Assembly: GCA_000004985.1 (NCBI GenBank)
Contig: GG738866.1
Strand: one strand, 5' to 3'
DNA length: 64,000 nucleotides
Source of the DNA: Naegleria gruberi
Taxonomy: Eukaryota
In this document: in pieces, positions 25,301 to 35,114 of the stretch
Numbering within the stretch: position 1 is the first letter of the stretch
How the letters are laid out: each line of letters opens with the position of its first letter
The notes under the pieces: model-generated
Databases searched by the model: none
What the model saw: the letters and a program-made list of their open reading frames with translations, nothing else
Told to the model about the DNA's origin: nothing
Made by a program: the position numbers and the translations under genes

Positions 25301-26019
25301 GAATTGGCATTAAAGTAGGTCAGCTTTCCACTCACAAGTGGTGTTGTGAATGGTATTGGATTAATGGTCGAGTTCATCGTCTTCTCTAAACCATTTAATA
25401 AGGATACGGCAGATTTGTACTTTCCATTCAAGTAAAAATCCATTGCAACGTTAACAATAACATTATCAGATTTAGTAACTGTCAAGGTTTGAAGCTGTTG
25501 TAAATTTCTAGTCATGGCCCTTGTGATTCCCGCCTGACTGACAAAAGTTAAGGGTGTCTGATATGTGGAGTTTGAATTTGTTGAAACATTTGAATTTAGT
25601 GCAATAGAGGCGGTGGATATGGCTCTGTATTGTGCTCTAGCAAGTTGTTGTTGTTTCTGGACAGTGTCTGTGTAATTCTGAAGCAGTGCCCTTCTCTGCG
25701 CTGCATAGTCTCTAGCAATCCTTCTATCCCTAAGGAATTGAATATATTCCATTGAGGTGGAAGCAGAATAAACTACACCACTCTCAAAAGAGAGCATTAA
25801 AAATACAAATAGAATACATGTGAAAATATAAACCAATGAACGAATAGTGTATCGTTCTTGTTGTCGGTAAGGGAGCATGTTGGAAACGTTTAAGGTCTTT
25901 GAATTCATTTTAGATAACAATCCTTGCTCACTAATGAAGGATGTTGTTCTTCCACAGTAGCAGTTACCAGTAGTAACAAGAGATTTATCGCCTTTCAGTG
26001 GAAGCTGATCTTTAAACAT
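22353..26019 (-). CDS. Type-II membrane protein (about 1180 aa) with RCC1-like repeats, Kelch repeats and a C-terminal fibrinogen-related domain
   Basis: Three exons: 26019-25039, 24959-24657, 24614-22353. Introns 25038-24960 (79 bp, GTTTGT..CAG) and 24656-24615 (42 bp, GTATGT..TAG) restore the frame. TM helix SLVYIFTCILFVFLMLSF near the N-terminus; RCC1 motifs (WG.N..GQLG); Kelch-like LYIFGG and IYLFGG; fibrinogen-like VYWVKP…FKVYCDMEYLGGGWALVSSR. Confidence 0.7.
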
Positions 26020-26865
26020 TTTTTTAATAGGAAGTGGTGTGATTTCTTCATTAGATAACGTTGCTTGTGCTAACGCACAAATTAAGGCGCTCTATTTAGA
26101 ATGTGGGTACTCTTTTTTTCTCAGTAATTGAGAGCCGTAATCAACAGTGCAAACACCAACTGCCATAATGGCTTGTAATGTCGCGCTCAATGGTCGAGTA
26201 TTGTTGTATACATTCAGCATCATCTGAGAACAATAAATTAATATAATATAAAAATAATAATAACAATTACAGGTATTGAGGGAGCCATTAGTATCTCAAT
26301 TATCATTTTCCATTTCATGAAGTTTCACATTATTGTACATTGATAAGTGAGAGTTTACAGTTTGTAAGGAACATGGATTGATCAAAGAATCTTGTGTTCA
26401 GAGTTAAGAACTAGGGATATCGACATAATGGTTTTGCAATACTCTCTCAATGAGCAACACATGTTTGTATTTTCTTATTCTCCACAGGTGAATGTTCCTA
26501 GCAGCCTTGTTCGTCAAATTGGACAATATCAATTATCTCTCGCCCTTATTATTAGACTATAAATTAATTTTTTGAAAATTGTGTTTGAAAAACCGTAAAG
26601 TCAGTTTGATGAACTAAATATTTCTAATAAGCACTTGGAACTTAAGCGTCATAGATCAAAATGACACTCAAACACAAAATTGAAGTAATTTGTCACTGAT
26701 ACTTTGTGACTGGTGATGGGTTGGTTCGGATTAGTTGCATCTTTCGATATGCGCATAACCTATGCTAACTATTTTCTTCCAAACATGCTCATAGTTAAAC
26801 ATGAAGAAACGATTTCATCACATGCAGATGATGGAAGTTATTCGAAATCTAAACAACAAAAAAAT

Positions 26866-29800
26866 ATGAAGTTCGAAAGGTGTAACATGTTGGGACACGC
26901 AAGTCTCGTGTTATTTCATCTCATCACCTTGTTACTACTACTTTCGAATAGTAACAACAAGTTTATTCACGGAGCAGTGTCATGGAAACAACCAGACTAT
27001 CGAATCACCACAGTCAATCCTCTACAAGTATCAACAAATCCTGAAGGTAACAAACTATACGATTTCAAAACAAATGCTCCCTATGCTATTGATTTTGACG
27101 CACAAGATAACATGTACATTCTCGATTATTCAAAGTGGGTCCTAAAGGTCAATACAAGTAGTGGTACTATAAAAACATTAATGGGAGTTGCTGTAGGTAC
27201 AGAATCTGATGTGGATGGTGTTGATGGAACAACAGTACCTGTTGGATACTTTAAAGACATGTCAGTCAATCCAAAGAGTGGTGAAGTTTATCTTGTGGGA
27301 AACATGAAATTGAAGAAAATTAACACCAATGGTAAAATTTCCAACTATAATGTCAATAATTTTGATGTTACCAATATCTATGGAGATGGTGGAATGGCAA
27401 TCAATTCAAAAGTTTCGGATAATGTTGAAAGTGTTACAGTCAATTCGAAAGAAGAAATTATCTTTTCTGATAAGAACAGAATAAGAAAGATTTTTAATAA
27501 TGGCACCATAACCACAGTAGCTGGTACTGGTTCTCCTAGTGACTCACTCATGAACACTCCAAAGGGTGTATGCACCGATTTATCAAATAACATTATCTTT
27601 ATTGATTGGGGAACGAATAGAATTAAGAAAATTTCAGCAATTGATGGATCAATTTCTGTAGTGGCTGGTAAACTTAATCAAGTCGGTACTTTTCCTGCAG
27701 ATAAATCACTTGCCAATAACACAGCCATTACTCCAGTGAGCATTGCAGTGCATCCTGTGAGTGGTGAACTGTATTTTGCAACAATGTATACTATTTCAAA
27801 AATTGGCTCTGATGGATTGATTTACAGAATTGCAGGAAATGGTTCAATTGGAGTGGATAATACTGTACAAGCAGCCACTAATGCCATGCTTTCTTCAATT
27901 ATTCACATTTCTATTGGAAAGAATTCAGTCTTGTACATGATTGATGGTTTTCGTGTGAGACAAATTTCATCCAATGTTATCACCACACTATTAACTGAGA
28001 GTTCAACTTTCCCTCCTAAATTTGTCTATCATTACAACAGTTATGTTTACTATACAGTGTCATGTCAGATATTGAAATTCCCAGACAATAATCCTTCTGT
28101 TGTTACTACCATTCTTGGATTGAGAGGAACTTGTGTTCAATTTTTTGGTGTTAAGAGACAAGTTGATATGACTCAAAATTACCTCTCCTTTGATGCAATG
28201 ACAGCATTCACAATGTCAGCTTCAACAGGAAGAATGTACTTTTCAAATCCAAGAAGAATGTGGAACATTACAGATGGCTACATTTATCCAATGGTTTACA
28301 ATTATGGTGAGAATATTGATATTAAGGATGGTCTCATTGAAAATGACGCCTCGTCTTGCTTTGATAATTCTGGAAATTTAATTCTTGGAGATAATTTTAG
28401 ATTGAGAAAGTTGAATACAACCTCTCATATAGTCAACTCAATTATTGGTAATGAAAGTCCAATGGTGCCATTTGCTTGTACTGTTGCTCCTAATGGAGAC
28501 ATTTACTTTAAAGATAATCAAGCCATTAAGAAATTGGATGCTTCAACCGGTTTGACAACAACTTTAGATACTGTACTAGCAGATCACAGATCCCGCAATT
28601 ACAAAATCAAGTTATTGCCTTCTGGTGCTTTGATTTATACCGATTTACAATATGTCATTGCTTATTACAACAATCAAAAGACTACTATTGCTGGAAGTGT
28701 AGCCACTGGTCCATTTTCTGGAGAGGGTGGAAGGGCTGTTGATGTTGTTCAAAATGCTTTCCTTGTTGGTTTGACTGCTAACAGTAAGGGTGAAATCTTC
28801 TACTCTGACGAGACTGCCTATATCAGAAAATTAACACCATACTGTAGTGATACTTCAACCTATTTGGATTCAACGGGTACTAAATGTTTGGTTTCCTCAT
28901 GTTTTGGAGTTGATTATAATATTAATTCAGTTTGTTCAGGACATGGTAAATGTGTTTCGAATGATGTTTGTAAATGTAATGATGGCTACTCTGGATTAAA
29001 TTGTGAAAAGTTCACATGTTTTGGCTTGAACAATACAGATCCAAAGGTATGCTCAGGAAATGGAACTTGTGTCGATATTGATTACTGTTCATGTACTTCT
29101 GGTTATCAACCAGAATGTAAAGGTTACGTTTGTTTCGGTTATCCAATGGACAATTTTAAGGTCTGCTCCTCTCATGGAAAATGTATTGGCAATGATAAGT
29201 GTGAATGCGACCCAACTTACAATGGAACCAAGTGTGAAAATTACTATTGCTTTGGTTTATCTGCATCTGATCCTAATGTTTGTAATGGAAATGGAAAGTG
29301 TATAGAAACTGACACTTGTTCTTGCTCATTTGGCTTCCAACCAAATTGTTATGCTCACAAATGTTCAGGAAAGGTCTACAATGACTCATCAGTTTGTTCC
29401 TCAAGTGGTAAATGTGTTGCCGAAAATACATGCATATGTACTAATGGTACCAATGGACCTAATTGTGAATTCCTCTCACTCTTATTGGATATCCAAGGAA
29501 GACCAACTCTCAAAACTGTTGCGAGAATATTCACATTGCTAGGTAATCCTGTCGATAATTGTGCCACTATTTTTGCAAGCAAAGAATTGTCCTATCTTGG
29601 AAATGATCCAATTTGTAAATTTTCAGCTAGTGGTCTGGAAATTATTTTGGGATCTGGTTTCTCAATTGATAATGGAACTTTCTTGCCAACTCAATCATTT
29701 GACGGATGGAAGTATGATTTTAGAGTACAGGCTGGATCTGTTTGTGGTAGCTATGCTCAAACTTCCTTAACTCTCGATTTTAGTTCTCAAACAAACTCTT

Positions 29801-32800
29801 TGCAAAATTTGAATTCGGACACCATTTTGAGAATATCTGAAACTGATTATTCTCAATCATTTGGAAGAAGTATTTCATGGACAGGTCCTTCTGATTTAGT
29901 TCCTCTCGTTTCTCCAAATCAAAAGGTTGTGATCATTCCTAAAGGTTATTGGAAACCAGGAAATAATCTCCCTGTTACAGTCTCCACCAAGACTTCTCTG
30001 TGTGGAACCAATTCGAATAGTAGAACATTTACATTCAAGACTGATTCTACCGCTCCATCCATTGACATCATGACAGACACTCCTTCTGGTAAATTGAATT
30101 GTGTGGGTTATGATTGTTTATTTGAATTTTCTCTTTCACCTGCAGGATCATACTCTGCACAGATCAAATTTGATGGAGATTATTCATTGATTACCTCAAT
30201 TTCTTCAATTCCAAATTTACAAATTGCCAGATTATCAAACTATTATGACAGCACCACTTACTTGGGTGTTAAATATTATGGAACGGTCAATTTACAATTG
30301 CTGTTCAATTCAGTTATTTATTCTTCTACATATCCTATGCAGTATTTGGCATATGAAAGCTCTCAATTATTTATTAATAACTTGAACAGAGGTTTTAGAA
30401 AGGATCAATCTGAATTGACCTTTAGTTTGGTTTCTCAAAATCCGTTACTTCTCACGGTCAATCCAGGAGCTCTTCCAATCACTTACAATTGGACCATCTC
30501 AAGCGGAAACAAAATTATTGGACCATTCTATACCAATTCAATCAGTATTCCTAATCCAGGTGTTGGAAATTATTCTCTTTCACTTCAGGTCAATAACAAT
30601 GATGAATTTAGTGAAACCATTACTGGTACCTTCTCTGTTTTTGACACAGTTGGCGCAATTCCAGATGTTTCAGTAGATAGCTTTACCAATCCATATCCTT
30701 TTATCAAGACTCTTGATTTGACAGCTACTGTAAACTCTACAACATCTGTCAGTCAAATTTATTGGAATGTAATTTCAGGTTCCTTCTACAACTCACCTGT
30801 TCTATCAAACTTTGCATTTTCCCAAAATAATATCAAGACAAGTCTATCCATTCCTGTTTCCTATCTCAAGGAGGGTTCTAATTACGTTTTCGAACTCAGA
30901 GTGACCAACTCTGTTGGAACTAATATTCAAAGATTCAATGTAAAGATGGATTACAATCCTCGTTTCACATGTGATTATTTCACCAGCTACAATTCTTCTC
31001 AATTGAAGGTATATGAATCCAAATTGATAATTTCATGTAGTTCTTTTGAAAATAATATGGCATCATATGTCGTTGATTTGTTTGATGGAGATGTAAAGTT
31101 AATGACCTTGTCAAATACTGCTAAGAGTAGTGTTATTGCTAGATTACCTTATTCTTTGAATGCATTATCATTGAATGTGAGAGGAATTAATAGAAATGGA
31201 TCTTACAGAAAGGTTGTAAAATCAATTACTGGTCCTTTCCTTAATTTCCCTTCTTCTGATCTTTCTGCTAGAGTTTCGTATGTTTCCCAGCAATGGACAA
31301 GTGTGAAAGCTGAGAATATCAAGATGGATACTGCTTCCTCTATTTTATCATTATTGACCTATCTTCAAAATGGTAAACAAACATTCGATGATTTATCAGG
31401 ATTGAGTGATTCATCTAAGCAAACCTTGACAACTGTCATGGTTGAAATGATCTCTGCTTTAAAGTCTATTACAACAATTGGTTATCGTGCTGATGATAAG
31501 ATTTCTGCTGTTCTCCTCTCACCTACCCTTAGAGTTGTCAAACTGGTAAAGACCATCCTGCCAACTGTCTACTCCAATCAAAAGTCCGATATTCAATACT
31601 TGACTAGTTTTATTGTAAAGGGTGTTGAATCTGTGACTTCTTATTATTCAGCTAATATGGTCAGAGCATTGGTTGATGGATTAACCTTCAATGAAACTGT
31701 CTCCCTTGTACAAAATGCTTACTCCTCAGCCGCCACTAGTGGATTATTGGGTCAATTGACCAGATTACAACTCATTCTCAAGCCAGATTTTTCACCATTG
31801 AATTCTGTTTCCTATCAATCACCTCAGGAAATAAGTGGTAAAACAATCACATTGGGAGCTTCCATCTCATTCACATTCCCTTCAAACTTTTACTCACAAA
31901 TTTCCTCATCGGTTCCATTTAGTTTGATCAGCTCTCAGGAACAATCCAATTCCGATGCTTCATCAGCTACTGTAAGCATTTCTCTTTTCAAATCCGATGG
32001 TTCAGCATTTAAGGTTCAAGGATTGACAAGCTTTATTGAAATTGTCTTTGCTGACTTGGTTTTCAAGAGCGAAAATGTTAGTTGTGTCTATTTTGATGAA
32101 GTTTCGAATGCTTGGAGTAGGGATGGATTGATTACTACTCTTGTCAAGAAACAAACAGGTGGATTTAATGTCAAATGTGAAACTAATCACTTGACAGCTT
32201 TCTCTGTTGTTGTCAATGATGCAATCACACCAGTTCAACCAACTCAATCGCCAGCAAAGAGTGGCACCACTACTACAACTACTGACAATACATTGGCTAT
32301 TGTTCTGGGTGTGGTCATTCCTTCTGTTGTGATTATTGCAGCAATTGTCACAGTCATCATTGTTGTAGCAATTGTTTGCATGAGAAAGAAGAAGAAAGGA
32401 CAGTCAACAAATCAACCTAAGCTTACCAAACTTGACAGTGTCTATGAACAACCTAACATATCTGCTTATGAACATTCAAAACCTCATGACATTTTGACAG
32501 ATACTGAACTTTCTGTCATGTCTGATTTCCCATCAAACAATAGCATGTTAATCAAACCATTAATGAGTGTTTACACAAGCACTGGTTCAACATCAAGCAC
32601 TTCTTCTAAATTTGATCCAATGTCCAGATATAAGAATCTTGTTAGAATTGGTCAAGGCGGTTTTGGAAGTGTTTTCAAAGCAGAAGATGCCAAGTGTGGA
32701 AATCAACTCAAAGCCCTCAAAGTTATCAAATATTCATCAGTGGAAGAATTGAACAACATTTTGAAGGAAGGAAATCGTTTAATGAACATTTCACATCCAT

Positions 32801-33417
32801 ACATTCTCCATGTGAATGATGTCTTGATTGACTCTGATCAAATCCTATGTATTGATATGGACTATTATGAAAAGGGAGATTTAAATCAATTTGTAAAGGT
32901 TGGTTCTGAATGCCCTGAAAATATTCTCAAACAAATTCTCTATCAAATGTGTAATGCTCTCGATTATGTTCACAACACTTTACAAATTGTTCACAGAGAT
33001 ATCAAACCATCGAATATTTTCATTAAGGAAATGTCTCAAGATAGTATTCATTTGATTTTAGCAGATTTTGGATTGGCTAGACAAACTCAAGGAAGTGTCA
33101 TGTTTTCCTATGCAGGAACTCCATTGTTCATGTCAACTGAGTTAGCTCTCGGTGGTAAATATACTGCCAATACTGATATTTATTCATTGGGTGTGACATT
33201 GTATCAAATTATTACAAAGGATGTAGAAACTTCATTGTCTCACATATCGCTCACTATGGATACAGCCGAATTTGAAAAGACTATTAGAAATAAGATGAAA
33301 CAAGCCAACCCTGCACTTTCGGATGAATTATTGGACATTATTGTGAGCATGTTGAAGAGAGATTATGCCACAAGACCTTATCCAAAGGATATTCTCTCCA
33401 ATTCCTACTTCCAATAA
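26866..33417 (+). CDS. Receptor-like Ser/Thr protein kinase (about 2180 aa): signal peptide, NHL-repeat beta-propeller, tenascin-type EGF repeats, long ectodomain ending in a GPS-like motif, single TM, cytoplasmic kinase
   Basis: Single ORF (track 26713-33417; likely start is the AAAAATATG at 26866, giving the signal peptide MKFERCNMLGHASLVLFHLITLLLLLS). EGF-like Cys spacing CSGHGKCVSNDVCKCNDGYSGLNCE repeated about 6 times; C.YFDE..N.WSRDG…VKCETNHLTAFSVV just before the TM (VVIPSVVIIAAIVTVIIVVAIV); kinase motifs GQGGFGSVF, HRDIKPSN, DFGLAR. Confidence 0.85.
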   Translation: MKFERCNMLGHASLVLFHLITLLLLLSNSNNKFIHGAVSWKQPDYRITTVNPLQVSTNPEGNKLYDFKTNAPYAIDFDAQDNMYILDYSKWVLKVNTSSGTIKTLMGVAVGTESDVDGVDGTTVPVGYFKDMSVNPKSGEVYLVGNMKLKKINTNGKISNYNVNNFDVTNIYGDGGMAINSKVSDNVESVTVNSKEEIIFSDKNRIRKIFNNGTITTVAGTGSPSDSLMNTPKGVCTDLSNNIIFIDWGTNRIKKISAIDGSISVVAGKLNQVGTFPADKSLANNTAITPVSIAVHPVSGELYFATMYTISKIGSDGLIYRIAGNGSIGVDNTVQAATNAMLSSIIHISIGKNSVLYMIDGFRVRQISSNVITTLLTESSTFPPKFVYHYNSYVYYTVSCQILKFPDNNPSVVTTILGLRGTCVQFFGVKRQVDMTQNYLSFDAMTAFTMSASTGRMYFSNPRRMWNITDGYIYPMVYNYGENIDIKDGLIENDASSCFDNSGNLILGDNFRLRKLNTTSHIVNSIIGNESPMVPFACTVAPNGDIYFKDNQAIKKLDASTGLTTTLDTVLADHRSRNYKIKLLPSGALIYTDLQYVIAYYNNQKTTIAGSVATGPFSGEGGRAVDVVQNAFLVGLTANSKGEIFYSDETAYIRKLTPYCSDTSTYLDSTGTKCLVSSCFGVDYNINSVCSGHGKCVSNDVCKCNDGYSGLNCEKFTCFGLNNTDPKVCSGNGTCVDIDYCSCTSGYQPECKGYVCFGYPMDNFKVCSSHGKCIGNDKCECDPTYNGTKCENYYCFGLSASDPNVCNGNGKCIETDTCSCSFGFQPNCYAHKCSGKVYNDSSVCSSSGKCVAENTCICTNGTNGPNCEFLSLLLDIQGRPTLKTVARIFTLLGNPVDNCATIFASKELSYLGNDPICKFSASGLEIILGSGFSIDNGTFLPTQSFDGWKYDFRVQAGSVCGSYAQTSLTLDFSSQTNSLQNLNSDTILRISETDYSQSFGRSISWTGPSDLVPLVSPNQKVVIIPKGYWKPGNNLPVTVSTKTSLCGTNSNSRTFTFKTDSTAPSIDIMTDTPSGKLNCVGYDCLFEFSLSPAGSYSAQIKFDGDYSLITSISSIPNLQIARLSNYYDSTTYLGVKYYGTVNLQLLFNSVIYSSTYPMQYLAYESSQLFINNLNRGFRKDQSELTFSLVSQNPLLLTVNPGALPITYNWTISSGNKIIGPFYTNSISIPNPGVGNYSLSLQVNNNDEFSETITGTFSVFDTVGAIPDVSVDSFTNPYPFIKTLDLTATVNSTTSVSQIYWNVISGSFYNSPVLSNFAFSQNNIKTSLSIPVSYLKEGSNYVFELRVTNSVGTNIQRFNVKMDYNPRFTCDYFTSYNSSQLKVYESKLIISCSSFENNMASYVVDLFDGDVKLMTLSNTAKSSVIARLPYSLNALSLNVRGINRNGSYRKVVKSITGPFLNFPSSDLSARVSYVSQQWTSVKAENIKMDTASSILSLLTYLQNGKQTFDDLSGLSDSSKQTLTTVMVEMISALKSITTIGYRADDKISAVLLSPTLRVVKLVKTILPTVYSNQKSDIQYLTSFIVKGVESVTSYYSANMVRALVDGLTFNETVSLVQNAYSSAATSGLLGQLTRLQLILKPDFSPLNSVSYQSPQEISGKTITLGASISFTFPSNFYSQISSSVPFSLISSQEQSNSDASSATVSISLFKSDGSAFKVQGLTSFIEIVFADLVFKSENVSCVYFDEVSNAWSRDGLITTLVKKQTGGFNVKCETNHLTAFSVVVNDAITPVQPTQSPAKSGTTTTTTDNTLAIVLGVVIPSVVIIAAIVTVIIVVAIVCMRKKKKGQSTNQPKLTKLDSVYEQPNISAYEHSKPHDILTDTELSVMSDFPSNNSMLIKPLMSVYTSTGSTSSTSSKFDPMSRYKNLVRIGQGGFGSVFKAEDAKCGNQLKALKVIKYSSVEELNNILKEGNRLMNISHPYILHVNDVLIDSDQILCIDMDYYEKGDLNQFVKVGSECPENILKQILYQMCNALDYVHNTLQIVHRDIKPSNIFIKEMSQDSIHLILADFGLARQTQGSVMFSYAGTPLFMSTELALGGKYTANTDIYSLGVTLYQIITKDVETSLSHISLTMDTAEFEKTIRNKMKQANPALSDELLDIIVSMLKRDYATRPYPKDILSNSYFQ

Positions 33418-33533
33418 CTATATTACCTTTTTATTGTAATAAAATTTCCAATTTTTTCTAGAAAATAAATTCTCAAGTTCACCAACAGATGGAACTTGCA
33501 AAACTTTTTTTCAAATTAAAAATTACAAAAAAA

Positions 33534-34145
33534 ATGACTTGCATTGAGGCTGGTATTTTCTACGGAGTAAAATTGAGAAGACTCAACAAGAACCCATCAT
33601 TCCTAAACAAGGTTTTATTAATTTTGTACAAACAAGTGAATAATATTGAATTGACAAAGGGGGAGAAGGAATTTGCCGAAAACTTAAAGACAATTGAACC
33701 ACAAGCATCGTCTTCCAATCTAGAAGATGAAGAGGATGATAAACCTAAAGTGCCTCCTCCTAAAAGTGCACCAAAGAGAAGACATGTCGAAGATGATGAA
33801 GGAGAGGATGAGGATGAAGTTGATGAACAAGTTGATGAAGAATATAATGTAGAAGAAGAACAATTGGAAGAATATGATTACCAGTTAATTTACAAAGCTC
33901 AAGAGAATTTAGGATTTTCTGTGATTACTTCAAAGGGAAATACATGGAATAGAAGTGGATTTGATTGTTTAGAAATAGTTGAGCCAGTCAATTCGGATAA
34001 TTGTAGCTCATTCAATCCACAAGATTTACTCGATATGGAAAAGAGTGTTTCAGATGAGAAGAGAAATAATGTTGCCATGTATTTGAAAATGATTGGGCAT
34101 CCACCTGCTTCATTATCTTGGTATTTGTATCCAAGTGCTGGTTAA
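33534..34145 (+). CDS. Hypothetical acidic protein (about 203 aa; the ORF extends to 33489)
   Basis: ORF with AAAAAAAATG context at 33534; Asp/Glu-rich central region; no recognised domain. Confidence 0.45.
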   Translation: MTCIEAGIFYGVKLRRLNKNPSFLNKVLLILYKQVNNIELTKGEKEFAENLKTIEPQASSSNLEDEEDDKPKVPPPKSAPKRRHVEDDEGEDEDEVDEQVDEEYNVEEEQLEEYDYQLIYKAQENLGFSVITSKGNTWNRSGFDCLEIVEPVNSDNCSSFNPQDLLDMEKSVSDEKRNNVAMYLKMIGHPPASLSWYLYPSAG

Positions 34146-34273
34146 ACCATTAAATAATTTATTATTAAATTGTAAAGTGCATTTAAAAAATTGTAAACTT
34201 TTTAGGTTCCAAAAAGGAAATCATTAATAAAACACTAAAAAGGTCAATATTCAAATTGATCAACACACAAAAA

Positions 34274-35065
34274 ATGTCTCTACTTCTCACTCAAGCCAGT
34301 TCTTGGATCAATTCTAATGAAACTCTGAAAAACTCCTCCATAACATTACACATTCTCTATTCGATTTGTCACAATATATTCGAACATCCATCGGAAATTA
34401 AATTGAGAACCCTCAAGTTGGATAATGCAAAATTTAAAGCCAATGTTCTCAATGTTGAAGGAGCTGTCGATCTGTTATATTTGTGTGGATTTGAAATGGA
34501 TACAAATAGCAATTGTTTAATTCTCAAACAAGTGAATGAGAATATGTTGAAGGAATTACATGATTTGGGAAATTTATTTAATAGTTATTGTTCTGATGAT
34601 GTTAAATCACCAAAACCAACAACTGTTTCGCATCAATCATCACATACAACAGTATCATCACATGATCCTTTCACAAGTACTCCAGAAAGAGCTCCTCCAG
34701 TGGTTCGTCATCATGATTTATTTCATCATCATGACACATCTCCTCCACCAATTAGCACTACACAAACAGTAAGCCAACAACAACAACATTCAACAAGTCA
34801 TGATTTCAATGATGAAGAATATTTGAAAAAACAACATGATTTGGAGGAGAGAAGAAAGCAACTTGCTGAGGAGAAACGAATCAAGAAGGAGGAAGCCATG
34901 AAAATTAAGAATCAATCTAAATTGGATAGAAAGGAAAAACATGATGAAGATGAATATGAACATGGATTGAATATTCCACAACATCATGCCACTCATCATC
35001 AAGGAAATACCTCTTCAAATCCATTCTATTCAGGAATGACTACTTATAAGGATCTTGGTCAATAG
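34274..35065 (+). CDS. PUB (PNGase/UBA-or-UBX) domain-like protein with a His/Gln-rich tail
   Basis: N-terminal HPSEIKLRTLKLDNAKFKANVLNVEGAVDLLYLCGFE matches the PUB-domain pattern (..KYR.I.L.N..F...V…G…L..LGF); start refined to the ATG at 34274 (AAAAAATG). Confidence 0.45.
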   Translation: MSLLLTQASSWINSNETLKNSSITLHILYSICHNIFEHPSEIKLRTLKLDNAKFKANVLNVEGAVDLLYLCGFEMDTNSNCLILKQVNENMLKELHDLGNLFNSYCSDDVKSPKPTTVSHQSSHTTVSSHDPFTSTPERAPPVVRHHDLFHHHDTSPPPISTTQTVSQQQQHSTSHDFNDEEYLKKQHDLEERRKQLAEEKRIKKEEAMKIKNQSKLDRKEKHDEDEYEHGLNIPQHHATHHQGNTSSNPFYSGMTTYKDLGQ

Positions 35066-35114
35066 CTCTTTCTGCCTTTGTAAATATATTTCACATCACA
35101 CATTAAAAAAGCAA

